NCBI GenBank assembly: GCA_965662175.1
Contig: CBFIGT010000066.1
Coordinates: 1-12,423, forward strand
Direction of reading: 5' to 3'
DNA: 12,423 nucleotides
From: Arcobacter sp.
GTDB lineage: Bacteria > Campylobacterota > Campylobacteria > Campylobacterales > Arcobacteraceae
The position numbers and the translations under genes were made by a program. Positions 1 to 8,502 of the stretch are shown here, in pieces. Under the pieces are notes generated by a model that ran no database searches, was not told the origin of the DNA, and saw only the letters and a list, made by a program, of their open reading frames with translations. Numbering within the stretch: position 1 is the stretch's first letter; every line of letters starts with the position of its first letter.

Positions 1-111
1 AGAATAAATGAGAATTTAATCTTAGATATTGATGCAACAGTAATAGAAGCACATAAATCAACATCTAAATACACATATAAGATTTTTCCAGGATATACTC
101 CAATGTTTTAA
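1..111 (+). pseudogene. Truncated IS1380-family (DDE) transposase fragment; begins before the window
   Basis: Frame +1 reads RINENLILDIDATVIEAHKSTSKYTYKIFPGYTPMF* with TAA at 109-111. The pattern LDIDAT-x-IEA...YTYK...GY-x-P matches my recollection of the first catalytic-Asp region of IS1380 transposases. An intact enzyme would continue for hundreds of residues. Confidence 0.75.
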
Positions 112-555
112 TCATTTATAATATCTATTCCATTCATCTACAATAAATTGATTATCTTCAACAACATCTATATAATCATTTTCATCTAATCCAAACTCTT
201 GTGCTTTTTCTTTAATCCTAGTTTTATATGAGAAATCAAGGATAATATTATCTTCAAAATCATAAAACATTCTCCAAGCCAGTTCATCTTTTATCCATTT
301 TGAATTTACTAGCTTAGCCTCTGGAAATTTTGACATCAAATCCAAAATTTGATTTTTAATTTCATCTAGTTCTGTTTTAGTGCATAGTTTTTCTAAAAAA
401 AAGTCTAAATCTTCTGAATTACGATAAGCAGTTGGTAGTACAAACCTTTGAAGGCCTGTACCACCTGCAAGAAACATTTTATTATTCAAAGGTTCTAATT
501 GTTCAAGTATTTTATCTTGATTTTTAAATACGCTATCCCAATCATCCCTATGCAT
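112..555 (-). CDS. AbiEii/DUF1814-like nucleotidyltransferase, unusually short (147 aa), probably internally deleted
   Basis: N-terminal motifs FLAGGTGL and YRNSEDLDFF are typical of AbiEii-type NTases. The downstream EK-x-x-A...R...D-x-YD-type motif is absent. The start overlaps the upstream gene's stop (ATGCATAG on minus, 548-555). Confidence 0.75.
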   Translation of the reverse strand: MHRDDWDSVFKNQDKILEQLEPLNNKMFLAGGTGLQRFVLPTAYRNSEDLDFFLEKLCTKTELDEIKNQILDLMSKFPEAKLVNSKWIKDELAWRMFYDFEDNIILDFSYKTRIKEKAQEFGLDENDYIDVVEDNQFIVDEWNRYYK

Positions 556-961
556 TAGCTAATTTACCTATTATTTGTCTTTGCATATTAAAAGGAAGAT
601 TTTCTTCTATTCTTTTCATCATTTTTTGGTTTTTTTCCTTTATACCATCAACAATATCATTAATCGTATAATTAGTACCCCAAAATACTGATTTTAACCT
701 TTTCTCTTCATTTTTCGTTAAAGAGTAATTAGTTCTTGAAATGATTGTATTATTTTTCCTTAAATCATTGGCAGCATCCAAATCAAGTTTTTTTCGATAA
801 TTCATATCTTTTAAAATAACCATAGCATAAGCTGGTACATGATTTCTTTTCTTCCATCCTGCAACTGTATCATAAGGAATTTTAGAATATTCAGAAAATT
901 CTTTTTTTGATATATTATTATTAATTAACACTTTTTCAAATATTATGTTTGAAATTTCCAT
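548..961 (-). CDS. Cro/XRE-like HTH protein with extra C-terminal domain; putative antitoxin/regulator of the NTase
   Basis: HTH-like segment ISKKEFSEYSKIPYDTVAGWKKRNHVP; C-terminal LKSVFWGT segment; AAGGA RBS just upstream; 8-nt overlap with the NTase gene. Confidence 0.65.
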   Translation of the reverse strand: MEISNIIFEKVLINNNISKKEFSEYSKIPYDTVAGWKKRNHVPAYAMVILKDMNYRKKLDLDAANDLRKNNTIISRTNYSLTKNEEKRLKSVFWGTNYTINDIVDGIKEKNQKMMKRIEENLPFNMQRQIIGKLANA

Positions 962-982
962 GATTATCCTTTCATTTTTATA

Positions 983-1010
983 ATTATATCATTTTTTTAG
1001 TATTTGTCAA
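983..1010 (-). promoter_or_regulatory. Consensus sigma70 promoter for the HTH-NTase operon
   Basis: Minus strand reads TTGACA (1010-1005), a 16-nt spacer ending in TGA, then TATAAT (988-983): a perfect -35 plus an extended -10. Confidence 0.8.
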
Positions 1011-1030
1011 AATGACAAGTATTAATACTT
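1004..1030. promoter_or_regulatory. Candidate operator: two adjoining inverted repeats at the -35
   Basis: TTGTCA-AAA-TGACAA (1004-1018) overlaps the -35. The perfect 14-bp palindrome AAGTATTAATACTT (1017-1030) adjoins it. Confidence 0.55.
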
Positions 1031-1105
1031 TAACTATTTTTCACTAAATTATTCTTATCCTATAATCTCAATTTTGGTAACTTCATTGCTTTTAAAAGAT
1101 TTTGG

Positions 1106-1127
1106 AAGTGAACTCTTGGGCTCACTT
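1106..1127 (-). other. Intergenic hairpin (possible terminator or REP-like element)
   Basis: Minus strand AAGTGAGC-CCAAGA-GTTCACTT forms an 8-bp stem with one G-U pair, about 70 nt downstream of the TIGR02757 stop. There is no immediate U-tract on minus. Confidence 0.4.
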
Positions 1128-1199
1128 TTGTATATTTAAAAAGCTTTCTATCTCTTAAAGATTTAGATAAAAGAACTATTTAATAATAGTTATATTTAG

Positions 1200-1979
1200 T
1201 TATAGTATTTTCTCCTGACCTATTCTATATATCGCAAAATCATAAACTATTGGATCTTTAGGGTTAAACTCTTTTAATTTATTTGTTATTTCCAATGCTG
1301 ATTTTAAATCATAACTTTTCCTATCTAAAAGACCTAGTTTTTTTGATACTTGAAAAGTATGAGTATCTAATGGTAAAATCAAATCTTTTTTATCTACACC
1401 TTTCCATAATCCTAGATCTAATTGTTCATCTCTTACCATCCATCTTAAAAACATATTCCATCTTTTATATGGAGCATTTCCTATCTCTTTTATTTTTCCT
1501 TGTTTATCTCTTTTAAATGGTTTTGATACTAAAAAATTATAACCTTGGATCTCTCTTGGGTTTATCTTTTGAATTTCATTGATTAAGTTATCAATTCCCT
1601 CCAAAATACTACTCTCTTTTTTATATGCTTTTACAAATAAATCATTTAAGCTATTTTCTTTTCTTAATCTTCTAAATGCAATAAAAATATTAATCACATC
1701 ATCACTATTTTGAAATCTATAATAGTAGTTTTGAAGCTCTTTTTTTATGAGTTCCTCTTTTTCATCTAATAAATCAAAGTTCAAACTATCTAGAAACTTT
1801 ACAATCAAAGAAGCTTTTCCATATCCAAACAAAGCACACAACAAAATCTTATACTCATCATCAAATCTTGAAGCTACCAACAAAGGGTCAGGTTTTTCAT
1901 AGGATAATTCACAATCACCACTTCTACAAGCTACCTCTTTATCTAATAACTCTTTTATCTCTAAATCTTTTTTTCGCAT
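1200..1979 (-). CDS. TIGR02757/DUF2400 family protein (HhH-GPD-related)
   Basis: Motifs PDPL, YYYRFQ, YKRWNMFLRWMVR, DLGLW, LILPLDTH and DPIVYDFA. Start moved from 2057 to ATG 1979 (MRKKDLE), which has GGAAAG upstream and avoids overlap with the divergent SDR gene. Confidence 0.9.
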   Translation of the reverse strand: MRKKDLEIKELLDKEVACRSGDCELSYEKPDPLLVASRFDDEYKILLCALFGYGKASLIVKFLDSLNFDLLDEKEELIKKELQNYYYRFQNSDDVINIFIAFRRLRKENSLNDLFVKAYKKESSILEGIDNLINEIQKINPREIQGYNFLVSKPFKRDKQGKIKEIGNAPYKRWNMFLRWMVRDEQLDLGLWKGVDKKDLILPLDTHTFQVSKKLGLLDRKSYDLKSALEITNKLKEFNPKDPIVYDFAIYRIGQEKIL

Positions 1980-2001
1980 AACTTTCCATTTTAATTTATG
2001 T

Positions 2002-2010
2002 TGATATAAT
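2002..2010 (+). promoter_or_regulatory. Extended -10 promoter for the SDR gene
   Basis: TGATATAAT ending about 40 nt upstream of ATG 2052. Confidence 0.55.
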
Positions 2011-2051
2011 ACCATTTTAAAAATATTACAAACTAAAATGGAATTTATATT

Positions 2052-2873
2052 ATGCAAAATATCTTAATAACAGGTTGTTCATCAGGAATTGGTTTAGAAA
2101 CTGCAAAACTTCTAAAACTTCATAATTACAAAGTATATGCAACAGCTAGGGATAAAAAAGATGTAAAAAGATTAAAAGAGTTAGGTTTTTTAGCTTATAA
2201 ACTTGATGTTACAAAGAAAAAAGATATTAAAAAAGTTTTAGAAAAGATTTATAAAAGAGATGCAAAACTTGATGCTGTTTTTAATAATGCTGGATTTGGT
2301 CAACCAGGGGCTGTTGAGGATGTTTCAACTGAAACTTTAAAAGAGCAGTTTGAAACAAATGTTTTTGGACTACATGAGCTAACACTTCAAGCTATGAAAA
2401 TATTTAGAGAACAAGGTTATGGAAAAATAATACAACATAGTTCTGTTTTAGGGATAATTAGTCTAAAATTTAGAGGTGCATATAATGCTAGTAAATACGC
2501 TATTGAGGGTTTAGCTGATACCTTAAGACAAGAAACAATAAATGATAATATATTTATAAGTACAATAAATACAGGTCCAGTTACTAGTAAATTTAGAGAA
2601 AATGCCCTAAAGAAATTTAATGAAAATATTGATATAAATAACTCACATTTTGAAACAATTTATAAACAAGAGTTAAAGCTAAGATTAGAAAATGATAAAG
2701 ATACTACACCTTTTAATCTACCTGCTAATGCAGTTGCGCAAATTGTAGTAAAAATCATGGAATCATCAAAACCAAAGCCTAGATATTATGTCACAACCGC
2801 AACCTATCTTTTAGGTTTTGCAAAACGTATTTTATCAACTTCACTTCTAGATAAACTACTTAATAAAATTTAA
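2052..2873 (+). CDS. Short-chain dehydrogenase/reductase (YbbO-like)
   Basis: TGCSSGIG cofactor-binding motif, NNAG and catalytic YNASK. Confidence 0.92.
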   Translation: MQNILITGCSSGIGLETAKLLKLHNYKVYATARDKKDVKRLKELGFLAYKLDVTKKKDIKKVLEKIYKRDAKLDAVFNNAGFGQPGAVEDVSTETLKEQFETNVFGLHELTLQAMKIFREQGYGKIIQHSSVLGIISLKFRGAYNASKYAIEGLADTLRQETINDNIFISTINTGPVTSKFRENALKKFNENIDINNSHFETIYKQELKLRLENDKDTTPFNLPANAVAQIVVKIMESSKPKPRYYVTTATYLLGFAKRILSTSLLDKLLNKI

Positions 2874-3670
2874 GTAGTTTGTATCTCTTTTGAGTTTGCT
2901 TTTCCTTGAAGAAAATCAGATATTTGCATCAGACAAAAAGTTACTATAAATATCATAAGTCCAGGAAAAAAACTAACCCACCAAGCAATATCAAGTACAG
3001 CTTTTCCATCACTTAACAAACTTCCCCAAGACATTTCAGGAGAATTAACTCCAAGACCTAAAAAAGAAAGACCTGATTCAGCTAAAATAGCACCACCTAC
3101 TCCAAAAGTAAAAGAGATAAGAAATATAGGTGCTAAAAGTGGAGCAAAATACTTAAATATGATTTTCATATTGCTTACATTTGCTAATTTTAAAACTTTG
3201 ATATAAGGTTTGGTTCCAATTGAAAAACTCTCACTTCTTATCATTCTAGCCATTCCCATCCAACCAGTTATTGAAATAACAATTATTAAAACCAATGATG
3301 AAGCTTGAATATAAGAAACCAAAGCTAAAAGTAAAAAGAAAGTTGGAAAAGTTAAAAATAAATCTATAATAATAGTAATTGATTTATCTATATTTCCTTT
3401 AAAGTATCCTGCATTTATTCCTATAAAAAGACCGATTATAGAAGAGATAGCCGCACTTAAAAATCCAATTATAAGTGAAGTTTGTCCACCATTTAAAACT
3501 CTAGCAAAAATATCTCGCCCTAGCCTATCTGTTCCCATAATATGAGATAAACTAGGAGCTTGTAATATCTTACTTGGGTTTAGTTCATAGGGAGATATTG
3601 TGTAAAAAAACGGCATAAAAAATATTGTTAAAACCAATAATCCTAAAATATAAAATGCCACTTTTTTCAT
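2870..3670 (-). CDS. Peptide/nickel ABC transporter permease (DppC/OppC-like)
   Basis: HIMGTDRLGRDIFAR, ILAESGLSFLGLG and SWGSLL motifs; several transmembrane segments. Its stop shares TTAA (2870-2873) with the convergent SDR gene. Confidence 0.92.
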   Translation of the reverse strand: MKKVAFYILGLLVLTIFFMPFFYTISPYELNPSKILQAPSLSHIMGTDRLGRDIFARVLNGGQTSLIIGFLSAAISSIIGLFIGINAGYFKGNIDKSITIIIDLFLTFPTFFLLLALVSYIQASSLVLIIVISITGWMGMARMIRSESFSIGTKPYIKVLKLANVSNMKIIFKYFAPLLAPIFLISFTFGVGGAILAESGLSFLGLGVNSPEMSWGSLLSDGKAVLDIAWWVSFFPGLMIFIVTFCLMQISDFLQGKANSKEIQTT

Positions 3671-3673
3671 AAA

Positions 3674-4264
3674 CTATGCCTGTCTAAAATATGTAAGAGA
3701 ACTTTTACCAAATTTTTTATTTTTATATTTTTCAAATTTTCCTAAAACATCTGGAATTTCAACAGTTGTTTCATGTTCAAAACATATCATCATAATATTG
3801 TCATTTTCAATAGTTTTAACTATTTCAAAAGATTTATCATAAATATCACTCATCCCGTCTCTATAATCAAATGGTGGGTCAATATAAACAACTAACTCTT
3901 CACTTGAATTTTTTAATGAGTTTAAAATAACTGGCAACTGTACAAAAGTATCACCTAAAAATGTTTGACAGCTATCTATTTCTATTGTTTTACAGTTTTT
4001 AACTAAAGTATTATAAGAGTTTTTATTTAACTCAATAAAATATGATTTTTTAGCACCCCTTGAAATAGCTTCAAGTCCAATACTTCCACTTCCTGCAAAA
4101 GCCTCTACAAAAACCTTATCAATTATATCAAATTGTAAAACATTGAAAAAAGACTCTTTTAATCTGGCTTTTGAACTTCTTGTAACCTCTAATGATGGTA
4201 ATTCTAACTTCTTACCTTTATATTTTCCTGCAATTATTTGCGTTGTTAATGTATTTGTTTTCAT
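3674..4264 (-). CDS. rsmD: 16S rRNA (guanine966-N2) methyltransferase
   Basis: IIAGKYKGKKL, TRSSKARLKESFFN, FAGSGSIGLEAISRGA and DPPF motifs. Confidence 0.93.
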   Translation of the reverse strand: MKTNTLTTQIIAGKYKGKKLELPSLEVTRSSKARLKESFFNVLQFDIIDKVFVEAFAGSGSIGLEAISRGAKKSYFIELNKNSYNTLVKNCKTIEIDSCQTFLGDTFVQLPVILNSLKNSSEELVVYIDPPFDYRDGMSDIYDKSFEIVKTIENDNIMMICFEHETTVEIPDVLGKFEKYKNKKFGKSSLTYFRQA

Positions 4265-4398
4265 CTACTCTTCTATTAAATATTTTCGTAATTATAGTTA
4301 AAACTTTATAAGTCTTTGATTTATCTAAACTTACTATTTTTTTTAAAGCAAATTATAAATCAAATAGTTATAATAAACCAAAAAAATTGAGGTTTAAA

Positions 4399-5208
4399 AT
4401 GACTCTACCTAGTATGATGTATGGAACTGCATGGAAAAAAGAAGAAACTGCTAAACTTGTTGAAATGGCTATAAAAAGTGGTTTTAAAGGCATTGATACA
4501 GCTTGTCAACCAAAACACTACAATGAAAAAGGTGTAGGTGAGGCTTTAGTTAAACTTTATAGTGAAGGATATAAAAGAGAGAATATCTTTTTAGAAACAA
4601 AATTCACTCCTAAAGAGGGACAAGACCCAAATAACATACCCTATAATCCAAATGATGAGTTAGAAAAACAGATTTTAGACTCTTTTGATGTAAGTTTAAA
4701 AAATCTTCAAACTTCATATATAGACTCTTATATTCTACACTCACCACTTTTTCCTTTTACAAATACTTTAAAAGCTTGGAGAGTTTTAGAAAAACTTTAT
4801 AATGAAAAAAAAGTTTTAAATATAGGTATTAGTAACTGCTATGATTTTAGAGTATTTAAAAATCTTTATAAAGAAGCAATAGTAAAACCAACTATTTTAC
4901 AAAATAGATTTTATACAGACTCAGACTATGACAAAGAGTTAAGAGATTTTTGTAAAAAAAACAAAATAAACTATTTAGCTTTTTGGACACTAACTGCAAA
5001 TCCACATATTTTAAAAAGTGATATATTAAATAAACTAAAAGAAAAATACAATAAAACACAAGCACAAATCTTTTATAGATTTTTAACACAAATTGGAATA
5101 ACTCCATTAAATGGAACAACATCTCAAAACCATATGATTCAAGATTTAAGTATTTTTGAGTTTGAATTAAGCAATGAGGAGATAGATAGTATCAGTACTT
5201 TACTTTAG
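4399..5208 (+). CDS. Aldo/keto reductase
   Basis: YGTAW, GIDTA...HY, ETK, LHSP and IGISN motifs. ATG 4399 with GAGG at 4389-4392 is preferred over TTG 4387. Confidence 0.88.
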   Translation: MTLPSMMYGTAWKKEETAKLVEMAIKSGFKGIDTACQPKHYNEKGVGEALVKLYSEGYKRENIFLETKFTPKEGQDPNNIPYNPNDELEKQILDSFDVSLKNLQTSYIDSYILHSPLFPFTNTLKAWRVLEKLYNEKKVLNIGISNCYDFRVFKNLYKEAIVKPTILQNRFYTDSDYDKELRDFCKKNKINYLAFWTLTANPHILKSDILNKLKEKYNKTQAQIFYRFLTQIGITPLNGTTSQNHMIQDLSIFEFELSNEEIDSISTLL

Positions 5209-5266
5209 TTTATTTACTTTTGTTAAAAAGTTATTAATATTTCATTAATTTATTACTAAAAAGTTT

Positions 5267-5275
5267 TGATATAAT
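5267..5275 (+). promoter_or_regulatory. Extended -10 promoter for the DUF4405-like gene
   Basis: TGATATAAT, followed by RBS AAGGA at 5291-5295 and ATG 5304. Confidence 0.6.
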
Positions 5276-5303
5276 TACAAAAAATTAAATAAGGATATTT
5301 ATT

Positions 5304-5774
5304 ATGAATAGAACTATAGCAACATCTCTAACTACTCTTCTTTTTTTGGTTGTAGGAATAAGTGGGATTATGATGTATTTTCACTTTTTTACGAGACAGG
5401 TAAAAGATTTACATGAAATATTAGGATTAGTTTTTGTAGTAGCTGTTATTCTTCATGTTTTTTATAATTTCAAGAGTATGAAAACATATTTTACAAAAAA
5501 AGTATTTATAGGATTAGCTATTTTAACATTAGTTGTAAGTAATGTATTTATTTTACAAAGTTTAAATCAAAAAGATGATCCAAAAAGATTAATAATACAA
5601 TCTTTGTTAAAAGCTCCATTAAATGATAGTTATAGAATTTTAGGGGTAGAGAATGCAAAAGAGAAATTAATTAAAGAGGATTTTCAAATAACAGATGCTT
5701 CAAGCTTAGAAGAGTTGGCTAAATTAAATACTGTTAGCCCCTTTAAAATGATTTCAATTTTGATAAAAGATTAA
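5304..5774 (+). CDS. DUF4405-like membrane protein
   Basis: Three N-terminal hydrophobic helices with ISGIMM and two spaced histidines (LHEILG...ILHV), then a soluble tail. Confidence 0.7.
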   Translation: MNRTIATSLTTLLFLVVGISGIMMYFHFFTRQVKDLHEILGLVFVVAVILHVFYNFKSMKTYFTKKVFIGLAILTLVVSNVFILQSLNQKDDPKRLIIQSLLKAPLNDSYRILGVENAKEKLIKEDFQITDASSLEELAKLNTVSPFKMISILIKD

Positions 5775-5799
5775 AAAAGAGAGCTAACTCTCTTTTTTA
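5772..5799. terminator. Bidirectional rho-independent terminator
   Basis: TAAAAAAGAGAG-CTAA-CTCTCTTTTTTA is a perfect 12-bp inverted repeat spanning the stop codons of both convergent genes. Confidence 0.85.
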
Positions 5800-7344
5800 T
5801 CTAGCATAACTAGAGGCTCTAAGCTCTCTAATTACATTTACTTTTATTTCACCTGGATATTGAACTTTTTGCTCAATCTCTTCAGCTATTTCAGTTGCAA
5901 GTAAAATAGCTTCATCATCATTTACTAACTCAGCTTTTACGATAACTCTAACTTCTCTTCCTGCATTAATCGCATAAGCATTAATAACACCAGTTTTACT
6001 AGTAGAGATATTTTCAACCTCTTCCACTCTTCTTAAGAAACTCTCTAAAACTTCTCTTCTAGCCCCAGGTCGTGCAGCACTTAGTGCATCAGCTGCACAA
6101 ACAGCTGCTGATTCTACATTTATAGGTTCTTCATGTCCATGGTGTGCATAAATTGCATTTATTACAGTATCAGGTTCATCATATCTTCTACACATTTGTG
6201 CACCTAAATCAACATGACTACCTGGCATATCATGTGTTAATGCTTTTCCAATATCATGTAAAAGTCCAGCACGTCTAGCTAAAATAGCATCTCCACCCAT
6301 TTGAGCAGCTAAAAGACCTGCTAAGTGTGCAACTTCTAATGTATGTTTTAAAGCATTTTGTCCATAAGATGCTCTATATCTTAATCTTCCAACAAGCTTT
6401 GTAAGCTCAGGGTGCATAGATTTAATACCTAAATCCATTATTATATCTTCACGCTCTGTTACAATATTTTTTTCAAACTCTGTTTTTACTTTATTGTAAA
6501 TCTCTTCAATACGAGCTGGCTGAATTCTTCCATCTTCAAGTAACTCTTCAATAGTTTTTGTTGCTATTGCTCTTCTATATAGATTAAAAGAAGAGATAGT
6601 AATTGTATTTGGAGTATCATCAATAATAATATCTACACCTAAAAGCATCTCAAGAGCTTTTATATTTCGTCCCTCTTTACCTATAATTTTACCTTTTGTC
6701 TCTTCATCATTTATTGGTAAATTATTTATAAGTCTTTCTGCGGCAAACTCACCTGCATAACGAGTTACTGCATGAGATAACATATTATTTATCTCTTTTT
6801 TAGAGTTATCTTCTGCTAACTTATATTTTTTTCTAAAAATAGAAGCTATTTTTGCTCTAGAGTCCTCTTCAACCTTTTTAAGCATCAACTCTTTTGCTTC
6901 ATTTTCAGTTAAACCTGAAGCATTCTCTAAAACTTTTATTGCTTTTGAAATTTTTTCTTCATAAGTTTTTTTCTGATAAGATAATCCCTCTTTTAATGAA
7001 GCTATCTTCTTATTGTTTTCTACAATTTCTGCTTTTTCTCTTTTTATTGCTTGTAGTTCTGATTCTAAATGTGAATTTAACTCTTTCTCTTTTCTTTCGA
7101 TTTTAGAAAACATCTCATCATATTCACGCTTTGCAGTTTTAAACTCACGCTCATAATCTTTTTTTGCTTTGATTTGGGCATCTTTTAAAACAACTTCTGC
7201 CTCATGTTCGATAACTTTTGCTTTTGCTTTTGCTTGTTCTATATAAATATCAAATTTTGCTTTATTAAATTTTTTCATAACCAAAACAGTTATTGCTGAA
7301 GCGACAAGAGCAACAATCATACCCTCTAATAATAATACTTCCAT
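5797..7344 (-). CDS. rny: Ribonuclease Y
   Basis: N-terminal TM helix, coiled coil, KH domain (KGKIIGKEGRNI) and HD domain (SYGQN, GLLHDIGK, AADALSAARPGAR). Start moved to ATG 7344 (MEVLLLEG), downstream of an AAAGG RBS. Confidence 0.97.
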   Translation of the reverse strand: MEVLLLEGMIVALVASAITVLVMKKFNKAKFDIYIEQAKAKAKVIEHEAEVVLKDAQIKAKKDYEREFKTAKREYDEMFSKIERKEKELNSHLESELQAIKREKAEIVENNKKIASLKEGLSYQKKTYEEKISKAIKVLENASGLTENEAKELMLKKVEEDSRAKIASIFRKKYKLAEDNSKKEINNMLSHAVTRYAGEFAAERLINNLPINDEETKGKIIGKEGRNIKALEMLLGVDIIIDDTPNTITISSFNLYRRAIATKTIEELLEDGRIQPARIEEIYNKVKTEFEKNIVTEREDIIMDLGIKSMHPELTKLVGRLRYRASYGQNALKHTLEVAHLAGLLAAQMGGDAILARRAGLLHDIGKALTHDMPGSHVDLGAQMCRRYDEPDTVINAIYAHHGHEEPINVESAAVCAADALSAARPGARREVLESFLRRVEEVENISTSKTGVINAYAINAGREVRVIVKAELVNDDEAILLATEIAEEIEQKVQYPGEIKVNVIRELRASSYAR

Positions 7345-7363
7345 ATTTAAACCTTTTAGGCTT

Positions 7364-7900
7364 TTAACCACAAATTATATAATCGGCTTGAATATCGTAA
7401 TTATTGCTTAAAATTTTAGTAGTTTTACAGAGTTTTCGTTGAGTGAAAATAGTAACAGGTTTCTTTTTTAATTTATAAAAAAATCTATCATACATACCTT
7501 TTCCGAAGCCAATTCTCTTATTTAAACCATCAATTCCTACAACAGGAACAACAGCCAAATCGATTTTTGAGCGCAAAAAAGAGTTATTTGGCTCTTTTAT
7601 GCCAAATCTTCTTGTTTCTAAGGGCAGTCTGTATTTGACAGCCTTAAAACTCTCTCCGGTAATATATGGTACAAAAACTGAAACCTTTTTCTCTCTTCTT
7701 AACCTTTTTATTAATGGATTAACATCAACCTCTAAATCTAAAGGAAGATATAATAAAACATCTTTTTTATTCAAATTACAAATAGTATTATATATATCTT
7801 TAACTATTTTTTTATCTTTATAACTTTTTGTAAATCTACTATGAAATTTTAAATTTTTAATACACGATTTTCTAAAATCACTTTTGTGATTTTCTAACAT
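7364..7900 (-). CDS. ygfA: 5-formyltetrahydrofolate cyclo-ligase
   Basis: FGIKEP, DLAVVPVVG and RIGFGKGMYDRF motifs; lies directly upstream of rny. Confidence 0.92.
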   Translation of the reverse strand: MLENHKSDFRKSCIKNLKFHSRFTKSYKDKKIVKDIYNTICNLNKKDVLLYLPLDLEVDVNPLIKRLRREKKVSVFVPYITGESFKAVKYRLPLETRRFGIKEPNNSFLRSKIDLAVVPVVGIDGLNKRIGFGKGMYDRFFYKLKKKPVTIFTQRKLCKTTKILSNNYDIQADYIICG

Positions 7901-7959
7901 ATTTAAGCCTTACTTAGCTAAAATTCTTAGCTCAAATTATTTTACCAAAAGGAATTAAA

Positions 7960-8502
7960 ATGCAGTTTAAAAAAATAGCATTTTTTACAATTTTCTTTTC
8001 AATATTTTTTGTAGCATGTTCCTCAAATGATTCAAAAAAAGAAGAAGAGTTAAAAATCAAAGAGACAAATGAGTATAAATTAACTACTACAGATGCTCAA
8101 ACTCTAAATATCACAAAAATAGAAAATGGACTTATTTTTGAAGAGTATAAAGGAAAAGCGGTACTTTTAAACTTTTTTGCTACTTGGTGTCCACCTTGTA
8201 AAGCTGAAATACCACACTTAATTAATCTAAAAGAGAAGTATAAAGATAGTTTTGAAATCATTGCTGTACTTTTAGAAAAAAACAAAAACAATAATGAACT
8301 TAAATCATTTTTAGATGAATACAAGATTAACTATATTGTTACAAACTCTAAACAAAATTATACTTTGTCAGAAGCTATTGGTGGTGTAAAATCAATCCCT
8401 ACTATGTTTTTATATGATAAAAATGGAAAAGTTATTCAAAAATATGTGGGAATCGTACCTGAAGAGATGATGGAAATAGATATAAAAAGGGCTATAAAAT
8501 AG
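7960..8502 (+). CDS. TlpA-family thiol:disulfide oxidoreductase lipoprotein
   Basis: Lipobox FVAC, active site LLNFFATWCPPC, cis-Pro motif SIPT and AAGGA RBS. Confidence 0.9.
   Translation: MQFKKIAFFTIFFSIFFVACSSNDSKKEEELKIKETNEYKLTTTDAQTLNITKIENGLIFEEYKGKAVLLNFFATWCPPCKAEIPHLINLKEKYKDSFEIIAVLLEKNKNNNELKSFLDEYKINYIVTNSKQNYTLSEAIGGVKSIPTMFLYDKNGKVIQKYVGIVPEEMMEIDIKRAIK

Noticed and set aside
241..252. GATAATATTATC as a Fur box
   Set aside because: It lacks the central base of the 7-1-7 Fur motif and lies deep in a coding region.
1170..1181. 12-nt match (AAAGAACTATTT) to spacer 8
   Set aside because: Too short and AT-rich. I saw no convincing self-targeting spacer in the window by eye.
1980..2057. 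N-terminal extension of the TIGR02757 ORF (likewise rny 7345-7371 and AKR 4387-4398)
   Set aside because: The downstream ATGs have better RBS context, and for TIGR02757 and rny they remove overlaps with neighbouring genes.
2347..2356. AGTTTGAAAC matching the repeat end, as a possible anti-repeat or tracrRNA
   Set aside because: Only 10 nt and inside the SDR coding sequence (QFET).
5293..5305. 13-nt identity (GGATATTTATTAT) between the putative trailer spacer and the RBS/start of the DUF4405-like gene
   Set aside because: It suggests crRNA-guided regulation, but a rough estimate gives about one such AT-rich 13-mer match by chance across all spacers, and the match does not extend.
7901..7959. 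6S RNA expected upstream of ygfA
   Set aside because: The 59-bp divergent intergenic region is far too short.
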